The translations under genes were made by a program, and so were the position numbers. Shown in pieces: positions 48,853 to 60,140 of a stretch of 64,000 nucleotides of DNA. The notes below the pieces were generated by a model that made no database searches, was not told the origin of the DNA, and worked only from the letters and a program-made list of their open reading frames with translations. Where the stretch lies: contig MU008165.1 of assembly GCA_010909165.1 (NCBI GenBank), forward strand, positions 1,612,001-1,676,000, in the 5' to 3' direction. This DNA is from Anthoceros angustus. Lineage: Eukaryota > Plantae > Anthocerotophyta. The stretch's first letter is position 1; every line of letters starts with the position of its first letter.

Positions 48853-50442
48853 TATGAGGGTTCCAAGACGTTGGAAATTGACTTGACCTAAACGACAATG
48901 CTAAAGCTGAGTAGATGGTGTTCTTGCAATGTGGACATAAGGGCTGTCAGTGGTTGCAGTGGAGACATCTAGCAAGTAGAGATCATGGAAGCAGGTTCCG
49001 CTAAAGAGATTCTGACCTGACTTGGTGATGGTACACCCTTGCTGGTCAAAAAACACATGACAGTTGTGGTCCTGGGCCAACTTTATGACGGACATGAGAT
49101 TCTTCGTCATTGAAGGTACATAAAGTACATCACTCAAAATGAGATGAGAGGAGTTTGGCAGAAGGACTGTGACAGAACCTGTTCCCTTGATGAAGAGCCC
49201 ACTATCATCACCCAGAAGAACAAACTGCTTAGCATCATCAGCTGGAATGAAACTGGAAAAAGCAGACTTGTTGAAACAAATGTGACTGGTAGCACCAGAA
49301 TCTAAGAACCAGGAGGTAGACTGGGTCTGGATAGTGGATAGGCAGACTGCTAGGATGGTAGGTTGCTTAGCTTTGCTCATAGTGAGGTTGCTCTCTGCAG
49401 AGGTGCCTTCTCGACGTGGCTCTCCTTGTTTCTTCTTGCGACAGTCTCGCTCATAATGGCCGGGAATTTTACACCAATTGCAAACAAAGGTCTTCTTGAC
49501 GTTGTTGCTATTAGGACGCGGTGATTGAGTGGGGAAGCCACGTCCCCTACCTCGGCCCCTGAAGCCGCCACGTCCTCTGGAGGAAAACAGCACCCTTGCT
49601 CCACCAGATGAACTTGAAGCCCGTGGCTTGTGAAATGCCCGAGAACGTTCTTCAGCAAGGAGTGCTCCAATAACTTCCTCAAGAGTGACAGCCGGAGTTT
49701 GGCCTGCTGCAGTTGCCTTGACAGCAGCCTGAATGGTCACATTCTGTCCGGTGACGAAACTACTGTAGCTGTCTGGTAAGGAGGCAAGAAGGCTGACGGC
49801 TACTTGCACCTCCGTGAGTACCGTGCCACAACAAGCGAGACTTGCCCTTTGAGTCCTGTACTTGTTGATGTAAGCCTCAACAGGCTCGTTCTCCTTCATC
49901 CTCAAATTGAAGAAGTCCTTGTATGCGTGAACAAGGGATACTGAACTCTTGTCCTGATAGATTGACTCAAACACTTTCCACACGTCATTAGCAGACTTGG
50001 CTCCAATGGTGTGGGGCATCATGGTTCTGTCTAAGGCAGCAATGAGTATTGAACGGGCACGTCTATCCTTTCGCTCCCAGGCTAGGATCTCGTCGGCCGT
50101 TCGGGCAGGTACTGTTACCTTGGCTTCTGTTCCATCAACGATGTTGAACAGCTCATTCTCCTCAAATATCTGAGTAAGCCTCATGGCCCAGATCTGATAG
50201 TCTGTGCCATTAAATCTATCTTTGTCTCGAAACTCTATCTTCAAAGGCACTAGAGTTGCCGGGTTGTTGGGCCCATTGTGTGGATTGAGGATGGACTGAA
50301 AGGCGGATTGGAAATTTAATTGCCTAGCTCTCTCTAGAAGGTTGAAGGGAGAAAAATCCCAAGCAGGATATGTAAAAGCATCAGCGAACAGGAAAGCAAT
50401 GTCAAGGGACTCGTCATCTACTCCCTGGTTTTGAGCTTGCAT
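48853..50442 (-). CDS. Copia gag, zinc knuckle, aspartic protease and start of GAG-pre-integrase
   Basis: KDRFNGTDYQIWAMRL, CNWCKIPGHYERDC, WFLDSGATSHIC, LYVPSMTKNLMSV, QL*HCRLGQVNFQRL. The W of LWH is a TAG at 48901-48903. Confidence 0.95.
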
Positions 50443-50955
50443 AAGGAGGTGAACTGGCTACAGCATAGCACAGGGCATCCCATCATCAGAGGTGCTAGAA
50501 GAGGGAAGCTCAGAGATAAGGTAATTCTCACATAATGAGTGGAGGGATCGGATGCCCTCGCAAAGTCTCTGAATAAGGAGGTCTCTCGATTTCACACGCC
50601 TCCTGAGATTGCTGAGTTGCCGAAAGATGACGAGCTCGGTGGCTCCCTTGCGACGGATGGGCTCCCGCGCAGTTGAAGACGCCCTTGGTCACTAAGTGGC
50701 GTGTTGATCTCATGATACGCATCGCGGTGCAGTGGAGAGGTTGAACGAAAACGATTCTCCGACGGGCGCCCCTATGTACCGGGCTGGCCACCGCCGGCCA
50801 GGAGCCTCTCTTGCACTGCAATCGTGGCGTGCAGGGGGAGATGAGTCCCTCCGTCTGCTGGTTGGTCCAACCGTCAGCGAATCTGCGCCTAGGCATCTTG
50901 AAGGTCAGGCGCCAGGTTGATCCGCTCTCCTCACACTCGTCAAGACGGCTACACA

Positions 50956-51182
50956 TAAAGATATGCATAAAGATATGCGCCTCGGATCATGCAACGGGTG
51001 TGAGAATAGAGCATGGAAGAAGTAGACGCAAGCAAGGAATCAATAAAGAGAGTGTATTAAAGAGGAAATAGCACAAGGCTATATACATCAAGCAAAGCGG
51101 TTATTGAAACCGGTCATAACTAAAATGTAGAACTAACTTCTTAACCTAGGCTAGGATACTTAAGGTACTAACCGTGTTTATA
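50956..51182 (-). repeat. Copia 5' LTR (227 bp)
   Basis: Matches 21696-21932 and is flanked by TSD CACCC. Confidence 0.92.
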
Positions 51183-51900
51183 CACCCAGTCCAGTATGTC
51201 TGGGAAGATGCTGGCGGCCAACAAGGAGGTCCGCTCCAAGAACCTCGTGGAGGACCCTGTGAGGTGGACCGTGGAGGTCCCGAGGGCGGCCCATCTGGCC
51301 CAATGGAGAAAGTAGGGGAGTGGTTCCAGCCCTTGAAGGTGAAAGGGAAGGTGGACGCGGCCAGGCGGCCCTCTTGAGACCGGGAACGCAGCGATCCTCC
51401 AACGGATGGTCATGCCCGGACCTGCAGGAGGGTGCGCGTACAAGATCATCGTCCACTGGAACATGCTCACCAAGGTGGACCACCTTGGTGACAACTTGCT
51501 GGTGTTCCTCCACGCCCTGCAGAGGGGGAAGCGAGCCGACTGGGGGAGAATTATCTTCGCCAGGATCAACCAGAGGCGGAGTTGAGGAGTGAGAGCCACC
51601 GCCGGCGTTGTCGCCCATTATCCATGTGGCATGAACCTCCCGGGCGAGGGGAGAAGAAGAGCGGCGCTGGCGACTTGCGACCTGCCCAAGGGCAGGCGTG
51701 AAGGAAGAAGCAGGAGGCAGAATGCCATCCGGCCAGGACCAAGCGGGTCCGGTGAGGACATTCCCGCTTCCCTTCTCTTGGTCCCTTCGCCGGAGCACCC
51801 TGCAGGGAGGAGGCGGAAGTGGAAGGGAGTCAAGGCGCGACGCCTTGCAGCCCCACATGCCCCAATCAAACTCGAACCGGACTAGGCGGGAAGTGTGGAA
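51183..51900 (+). pseudogene. 3' half of the Gypsy-type accessory ORF (right boundary approximate)
   Basis: GEWFQPLKVKG and ...NLLVFLHALQRGKRADWGRIIFARIN, frameshifted. Confidence 0.6.
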
Positions 51901-52539
51901 TGGAGTTTTTGTGTCCAGAGACACAAGGAGGCCACATTTACCCTCTATGTCGTTACAGTCCTAGGATTCGATCCCAAGGGAATGGTTTTGTGTCAGGATG
52001 TTCCAAAGCTATGGTTTTTAACTCTATTTCGGTTTGGTCCTACCCAATCATAACCCGCTACCACGTCCGAAACCACCACCGTGGTAGGTTCGGCCACCGC
52101 CATGGTGGACTCAACCACTGAAGTGGCGGACTCAGCCACTGCGGTGGGACCCTCTTACCCTGCCTCGTCCGTCTACTTGGCGCCCGGTTCCTTCGGCGTG
52201 ATTCTAAGAATTACAGTATCGCGCATGGATTCGCACCTAATCCTAGTTCACCTTCTGGGCTTTTTTTCTCCCCCCACCCCAAACCTCACGGCCGACACCT
52301 ACCTCGCCACCCGTACCGCGACGCCTCACCCGTCACCGATTCGCTCCATTCCCTCTCCTTCTTCCCGAATTCTCAAATACCCCCACACGCAAGCGGCTCT
52401 TGCCACACCCTCTTGCAGGCCACACAGACCTCTCTACCCTGGGCCACACAGACCCTTTTTCCTCGGGCCACACAGACCTCTTTTCCCTCATAGAATGAAA
52501 GACTATCCGGATAAACAGCGATTTGGGAGGAAGAGGAAG

Positions 52540-54250
52540 GGAACACGACACTGGCTACAGTGCCAACACTGAGGGGGTTGGACTGGAGTAAGAAATTTCA
52601 TGTCTTTGTTGACGTTTCAGCCTTTGCCATTGGATCGGTTCTTAGCCAGCGGGATGAAAAGAAAAAGGATTTCCCGATCTACTATCTTTGGTCACGACTA
52701 CGGACCTTGAGGCAAAGTATACTCACACGGAGCTAAGCCTGGGATGGTTTACTCGTCAGAAATTCGACGCTACAACTTCTTTCATAGCAGGTTTGTGTTT
52801 CACGTTGACCATTTTGCTCTGAAACACCTTGTGAACAAACCTGACCTCTCGGGACGCATAGCCCGCTGGATCTTGCTGCCTCGGGAGTTTACCTTCACGG
52901 TTGAGACGAGGGAAGGCAGGAAGCATGTTAATGCCGACTTCATATCTCGGTTAAAAACGGGGACAGTGGAACAAAACCAGGAAGATGATTTCAATGAGAC
53001 CCTGTTTGCAACGAATGTCGAAGATGAGAAGGCAAAACTCAACTCGAAGAGCGGTAATAAAGGCGAGATAGCCTCGAATGAGAAGGAGGAGGCTTCAATA
53101 AAACCGGGATCAGAGATCTAAGTGAGTATCTCACCAACAAGACTCTCTACATGAAGAAATAGCGTCATTCATTACCACACCACCTTGACACAACACGAAC
53201 GTATATCGCATGGGCCCGGATGGTAAAGAGCGGTGTGGTGCGGACGAGAAGGTGAGCGAGTCTGAGCCTGCTACACTAAGAAGAGTCGAGGCCATTATGC
53301 AGTGCATGTCACTTGTAGAAAAATTGGCCGGGCTGTTATTGGTAGCAATGTACAAGGACGCTCAGACGCTTTGTCACTGGGTGGGCAAGTCAATCGCCAC
53401 AACACAATGGGCCACTGTCCTCATACTCGCTTTCAGCGTTCGAGAAATGGGGTATCGACTTTGTCGGACCCATCCAGCCTAAAACAAAATCCGTAACTAA
53501 TACATCTGGTGGCGCTGCATTATTGTACGCGAATGGTGGAGCGCAGTACTGCCAAAGGATTCGCAAATGTGGTGGCCGAGTTCGCTCGAGCAAATCAATA
53601 CTGTGACATATGCTGCCCATTGGGGAGCTAGTCGATGAGGCACGCATTTTCAATCGTGTAACTTATGACCACTTATTTCAACGTCACTCACAGGATGACC
53701 ACTCCCTACAACCCAAAGGCCAATGGGTTGACGGAGAAGGCAAATGGTCTGCTGAAAAGATCCCGATAAACTCACCGCTGACTCGATATGCGATGATGGG
53801 ACATGAACCGCATTCTGTGACTCCTCATGGGCGTATAGAAAGGTGGAAAAGCAGTTAGACCTCAGACATATTAACGTAGGGACATTCTCGCCAATCAAGG
53901 CCGTAGAATTGCGCCGACGGGTGCGGAACCACGGATGTCAGAGAGGAAAGCCGATTAGAAAGGTTGGCCGGTTCAAATACACGAAGATGTGGGAGCAACA
54001 ACCACACTCATGCAGGATGTTCAGCAAAGGAGGAAGGAATGGCACGATAAGAGACTTAAGCGCCAGGAATATGTTGTCCCTGGAGACCTTGCTTTGTTGT
54101 ATGATAACCGATATATGCATTTTCCAGGTAAATTACATCTCAGGTGGATGGGGCCATTCAGAGTCCTAGAGGTTTACGACAACGGATCTATCCAACATAG
54201 CATTTTGAGTGGATCGCTTCTACAACCGTAGTCAACGATTACGGTTAAAT
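52540..54250 (+). pseudogene. Ty3/gypsy RNase H and integrase remnant
   Basis: LATVPTLRGLDWSKKFHVFVDVSAFAIG, FVFHVDHFALKHLVNKPDLSGRIARWILL, EKWGIDFVGP, GDLALLYDNR..FPGKLHLRWMGPF. A PPT-like GAGAAGGGGAG lies at 54281. Confidence 0.9.
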
Positions 54251-54337
54251 AAGATATTACTAAGTTGGCGGACGCCTAATGAGAAGGGGAGTATGAGGAC
54301 CATGTACCAACCTTCTCCAACCGTTGAATGAATTTTT

Positions 54338-54341
<4 letters not shown>

Positions 54342-54370
<29 letters not shown>
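54342..54370. repeat. (TG)n microsatellite after a T-run
   Basis: Directly visible. Confidence 0.95.
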
Positions 54371-54372
<2 letters not shown>

Positions 54373-56177
54373 GTGTAACGGGATGCTTCTAATCGTCCGG
54401 TAAGGCCTTTATGAAAATGGTCCTGGCCCATGGCAATAAGGATATTTTAATAATAATCGTGCAGGGTTTTGACCCTAGTTATGGCGTAGTTTGACATAGA
54501 GTCCTTGGGTCTTGGTGATTTTAGAAATAAAGAATGTCTATATATGCTAGGTATGCCCTACATTAGACAACAGTTGGGCAGTGAAGTGGGGAGGTGGCTA
54601 GCCCCACCACGGTGGCCGAAATGGGACGTACAGACCAGGGGGAGATCACAACCCTAGTGGTGGAGCGGGGCTGGCAGTCAGTCGGAGCTCAACTGGAAGA
54701 AGACCACACCCGGCACCGCGAGGCCGCCAATTTCAAGGAGAGAGCGACTGGACGGGACTTCAACGAGCTGAACCAGGGTCCGGAGGAGGGCTGTAGGCGT
54801 TTTGACAAGACAACGAAGGAGGGAAAGAGATGGCGCCTCGAGCTACGGCAGAAATTCCCACTACGCAGTGGCCCAATATGGACCACTGGAAGGTTAGAGC
54901 TGGCGGCCTTGTGCAGGAACTGGGCCTGGACTTCATGGAGAAGAAATGGTGCTAATGATAGTCCAAAGACAGCAGGAATGCGCCCGCCAATCGAGAGAAC
55001 CAGGTCGCAAGAGGGCGACGCGAGGAAGAGGCCACAAAATTGGGACTTGGGGCTCTTCCGAGCCGTGTATGGGTGAGAGGAATATGTATACCCGACAAAA
55101 GCATGGGATTCTTCCCCACCCCATTCGCCTGTGATATGTTAATGACTGCAGGCTGTCTTCCGCTGTCAAGGGCTGCCCATGTACCAGCACTTCCCGATTT
55201 CAGGACATCACGTTGCTTCCCAACCTTGTAGCATCTGGTAGGAATGCATCCTACTTCCGTATAGCAATTGCGTGGCAGGCGCACGATGTTCTATGAACAG
55301 GTTGCTCGAGCAGGAGACAGGTATGTATAAAGGAACCCTATCATCCATGTACATATACTCCGTGTTGGTGGAGTGGAGGAGGCAGATGGTGACGAGTCAG
55401 TGGTCGCGTGTTCGAAACCGGTTGAGCCACACGATTTTGCAACTGCAACAACAAGTGGTAACGGAGGACTTGTATACAAAGACGCACACCATGCCTATGC
55501 GATAGGCGCCAAAGACCAAAGAAGAAAATGATATCCGTGTAATCAGAATAATAATCAGATAATCTAGTGGTGATGTACAAATTCGTCGTTATACATCATA
55601 TATGCAGAAGAATATATCTACAAGTAGGTACCTATACGTATAAAGGTAACGTGCCCTCCATTTCTACCAGTATATCAGGCAAAAGCCATAAACAATTAGT
55701 ATACGAGCCAATAATAGCTACGGTGAAGAAAAAAGGTTGATAAAGGAATTATGACCTTGTGAGATGGAAGGGAAAGATGACAGTTAATGGGCATGTTACT
55801 GTGATATTCAGGTCTGGGCACCATTATCAAATAGTTGTGAAGAGAGAGTGCAAAGAAGAATGGTAGGAAAAACATTAACTAATTGTACTCCCAATGGGGT
55901 GTAATAAAGATGGGGACTGAGAGAGAAGAGAGAGGGGGGTCCTTGTTACATGCTCATGTTGCAATTTGTATTTTGGGAATTCATAAACAATGCTGGATGA
56001 GAGAGGGATGTAGTGAGGGTTGAAGTGGTAGAGAGGCAGTTCGTGTTAAGATGGTAGGCCCACTTGGGGAAAGAAATGACAAACTTAATACCAAGCCTCC
56101 AAATGATGTTGCAAGTTAGAATTGTAACATAAAATTGCAACCATGACTGTAACATAGGCTGGACTTTCTAGTAGGGG

Positions 56178-56930
56178 TTGGAGCTGTATCTCAAGGCGGA
56201 TGTGATCTATCCTATCGTCAATACCGATTGGGTGGCGCCAATCGTGGTGGTACCTAAGAACCAGAAAATCCGGTCTCGCAGATCACATGAAGGTGAATAA
56301 AGTCACCAAAAAGGATCATTTTCTGTTGCCCTTCATCGATAACATCCTAGATCTGGTCTCAGGCAGGATGGCATATTCTTTCTTAGATGGGTACTGGGCC
56401 AAGCCCAGATCTCGCGTCTGATGCCACCACCGCCTTACACCTGACTGGGAACATATGCCTACAAGCGCAGTGCATTCGGGTTGACAGGAGCGCCTGGTTC
56501 CTTCATGCGAACCATCGTCAAAATATTCAAAGACTTCCTCCGCGACTTTATGGAAGTTTTCTTGGATGACTTTTGCGTGTTCGGATTTGTGAAGGACCAT
56601 TTGATGCACCTCAGAAAGTGCTTGGAACGTTGTCGAGCCACACAGTTATGCTTGCATCCAGAGAAGTGCTACTTTGGCATGTCAGAAGGTATTTTGTTGG
56701 GGCATCGGATTTCAAGCCGAGGTATAGAGGTTGATCCGGACAAGGTAAAGGTCATAGCCACGCTTAGAGCTCCAACAACGTTGAAGGAACTTTGTGGGTT
56801 CCTTGGGATGGTCGGGTATTACAGACGCTTCATTCCAAACTTTGTCAAGCGGGCTTCCCCACTAACAGGGCTGTTGAGAAAAGATCAGGTGTGGGAATGG
56901 ACGTTGGAGCATGAGAAGGCGTTCCAGTAG
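56178..56930 (+). pseudogene. Ty3/gypsy reverse transcriptase fragment
   Basis: DWVAPIVVVPK, KDHFLLPFIDNILD, MEVFLDDF, HPEKCYF, FLGMVGYYRRFIPNF, WEWTLEHEKAFQ. Confidence 0.93.
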
Positions 56931-56932
56931 TT

Positions 56933-57560
56933 GTGGGTTCCTCCTCCCCTGCAGCTGTTCTTCCCTTTTTGGCCGACCCCCGTGCAGTCATCGCCGCTCT
57001 CCTCTTCTTACCCTTGGAAACCTCCCCACCTTCATCCGAATCTTCTGGAGAGGCGCATTCCCAACTGGTGGAATCTTTTCCTGAGACCTCCTTAGACTCC
57101 TCCTCCTCTGAGTTCCCACCGGCTTCCAGCCTATGAAGGCGTGATACCACGCCTTCCAACTCGCTAGGCATTCGGAATGCATGACACATGAATCAAAAGG
57201 ATGAAATCAAGGAGGGCCGAGGAGAAGAGCAAATCGCCTCTCTTCATGTTCTCTCGAAATCATCCGTCCCCAATCAATGTGCCTTTAACCACTTCATGAA
57301 GGAAGACGGAAGTGGTCGCCATGTGATCCAACTTCCGGTCGCAGAAACACAAAATCCACTTGGCCAATCCCACAAGTTGCATGTATTGCGAGTTGGCGAG
57401 TCACCCATCCATTGTTAACCCTCACTTCCCCAGGCTTCATGAGTGTGGTCAGTAGCCCTCGAGGTCTTCTTCCTGCAGGGGTCAATTAGCAGGCTCCCAT
57501 CCTCCCCGACTCGGCCTCCAGTGGTCTTTCCCACATACAGCCACCTCCCATTCCAAAACA
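56933..57560 (-). pseudogene. Second, diverged Gypsy-type accessory ORF remnant, antisense to the RT
   Basis: HIDWGRMISRE resembles ADWGRIIFAR at ~51540, followed by an acidic/basic low-complexity tail. Confidence 0.4.
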
Positions 57561-58424
57561 CTAAACATTCCTCCCACATCTATTTCTCCCAAGGCCATGT
57601 ACTACTTGTCTTTGGCAGGTGGTGCCTCCCCACGACTTGCCCCCAAGCGGCCACCTAGCAATCATACTTCAAACCACACCTACCAACAATTTCACTTGTG
57701 TCACAAAATAGCAATGTCTCAATTGTCTGTTACAGAGTCATCGATTTCGTCAACCACAAGCTTCTCCCCTTTCCAGCCTTCACGCTCTCCACTCGTGCTC
57801 GAACCACACATTCATCCGTGATGGCGCCTATCTCCTCGTGAAGCTTCTCACATTCTTCCTACCATAAAGCGAAATCTTTGCTACATTAAGGCTTCTTGCC
57901 CACACCGCTATACCCATTGGTTGTCCTCAGGAAGATTCTTCTTCTTCCTCCTGTGTAACACCCGCCTGCTTCTTCCTTTGCTTGTTGGTGTCAAGCTTGG
58001 TGCCCGCTTCCTTGCTCACGCCTGCTGTGCTCTGGCTTTCCACACATCCTTTCTGGCCTTCTTTACGACCACCATGGGCTGCAAGGAGGCACACCACATG
58101 GTGTCGCCCATGGCATTACACTTTGCATAACATGGAACACATTTGCCCTTACACTTTTCGGGACACGCCTGCAGGATCCTCCGTGCCTCGGTGCCACCAC
58201 TTCCACCACCACCGTGGCCCCCTTCTTCCACCGCCCAACAACAGCTGTCTTCCCTCCCTCTCCTCGTTGTCCCCCCACCTCTTCTTCCACACATGCATGT
58301 ACGCCCCTCGCCTCTGACCATTGCTTCCCTCTTGCATTCCCTGTCATCCCCGTGACATGCCACAAGATCACATCATCATTCACAAGCTGCCATAACATGC
58401 CCCCTCCGCGCCCACCGTCATGCC

Positions 58425-59445
58425 TTATCCTTTACCTCTCCAATACTCCGGCATGTTCTCCAAGCCATTCCTCACTGCCCACTTCAACTCCTCTCCCGTA
58501 GCGCTCCCTCCCCACCGTTGCACGAACTTCCTTTCAAACTCTTTCGCTTTAGGGACAAAGGGATTGGTCCCTTGATCATGCTTTGCCACTTGTTGAGCAT
58601 TGGTAGCTTGCTGGGGTTGGCCACCCCCCTTGTGCAACGAACACCCCTACTCCACAGCCTTCCTCCATGCCTTCATGGTGACATTTGGGGGATTGAGCCA
58701 TTTCGCATCCTTACCCTTCTCCCTCCATATCAATGCAGCTTGCCTCACCTTCTTCCCTACGTTGTGGTTCCTTGTCCGTGATGCACCTGCAAACCTTGCT
58801 ACAATCTCATCCGGTCGATACCTGGAAACTCAACCTCTACCATACTCACCAGCCTCTCCCTCAAACTCTCGTCATGGCTTGTCCACGGCACTATCAACGT
58901 CATCTTCACACACACTAGCTCCAAGACACGCTGATGGAAGGACCTCCTCAACAATGCTTCTTCATCCTCCATATCATCCGCCTCATCCGCATTTCGATAA
59001 CCTCGCCCGCGGTGTGACCATAAACACTCCTCCCCATGGAGCACTGTCTGATGATGTCGTCGAGTTGCTTACCGGCCAGCGCTGTGGTGAGTTCTCCTAT
59101 CTCTGCTGCAGTTGCAGTGGTGGGGACGTCGTCTCTGTCACCCCGTTCTTCCATATCACCCACCTCAGCCTCCTCCTCGCAATTGTCCTCGTCCTCGCCA
59201 TTTCCATCCGCCTCGGAGTCGGCCGTCTCGGCCTCTGGCACTTGGCCCCTCAACCCTGTCCTCATCTCCCACATCCAAATGTTCTTCACATTGGAGGTCG
59301 GGAGCATGCCCTTCCTCCCCTTGGCTCGCGTGCACCTCGATCGCATTGCCGTCGTCAAAACTAGTGGTCCTTGCTCCTCGGGAGCAGGATGGGCGGCCCC
59401 CATAGGACCACTTGTTAGCGCATCCATGCCACTAGGGTGGGGCAC
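58425..59445 (-). pseudogene. CACTA/En-Spm TnpA-like (Transposase_24-like) remnant
   Basis: An acidic N-terminal region precedes VPWTSHDESLRERLVSMVEVEFP, PPNVTMKAWRKAVE*, and QQVAKHDQG..FERKFVQRWGGSATGEEL. No CACTA termini were found. Confidence 0.45.
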
Positions 59446-59849
59446 CGGTGTTGGCTCTTCCGAGAACCAGGCAACTGCTCCAAGGGAAGGGCCACCTCCT
59501 GCCTGTCCACAGGACCCAAATGCCCCTCTGGAGCAGCCAGCAGCTGGCCCCTAGGAGCGGGTGTCCTCCCTCCCGGCAGGGGGATGATGGTCGGAAGCAT
59601 CCTCCTTCCCATCTCCCACCTCCACATGGGCAACTTGCTGGTCATCGCCATCACCTACCTCCTCCGCAACCTTGGAAGGAACACCCTCGTGCCCATCTTC
59701 ATGACATGGCTCCCCAGCTCCGTTGTCACCTGTGCCACCGGCGCCACGCTGCGTCTCGGATGAGCCGGCCTCTATGGGTCCACCACCGTTTCCACCTCCG
59801 GACCCGCCGTTTCCCACCGTGAGCCAACACTTCCACCCAGCCTGTGGCG

Positions 59850-60140
59850 GCTTCCAACGGTTGCTGAGTAGCTTGCCCCTGTGTATGTTGGATCATATTT
59901 CTATCCAAAAGGCGAGGATGATGCTTTTTCCAGCTTATCTGTTTACCCATCTTTGCAATTGGCTCGGTGTGCCTCTTCCTCCTGGTGCAATTCTTTGGAT
60001 TTCTTGTCTTTCCAGTAACTAGGCCCATGAGATCATGTTCCTCAAGGATGGCTGTCAGGCGCATTTCCCATATGGGATAATCACTCCCATTAAATCGGTC
60101 TTTATCCTTGATATCGACCTTGGTGGTATTGTTGATGACA
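59850..60140 (-). pseudogene. Truncated gag fragment of a related copia family
   Basis: DIKDKDRFNGSDYPIWEMRLTAILEEHDLMGLVTGK aligns with EFRDKDRFNGTDYQIWAMRLTQIFEENELFNIVDGT of the 48.9-50.4 kb gag. Confidence 0.85.

Larger units (their letters stand above)
21696..51182 (-). mobile_element. Full-length Ty1/copia LTR retrotransposon with TA...TA termini, expanded to 29.5 kb by a nested DNA transposon
   Basis: LTRs at 21696-21932 and 50956-51182. TSD CACCC at 21691-21695 and 51183-51187. PPT (AGTGGGAG on minus) at 21933-21940. Domain order gag-PR-INT-RT-RH on minus. Confidence 0.93.

Noticed and set aside
50930-50955. Canonical tRNA-iMet PBS
   Set aside because: TGGTATCAGAGC is not present after the 5' LTR.
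54293-55600. Defined Gypsy 3' LTR
   Set aside because: A PPT-like tract precedes it, but no matching partner LTR or TSD was found, so boundaries cannot be supported.
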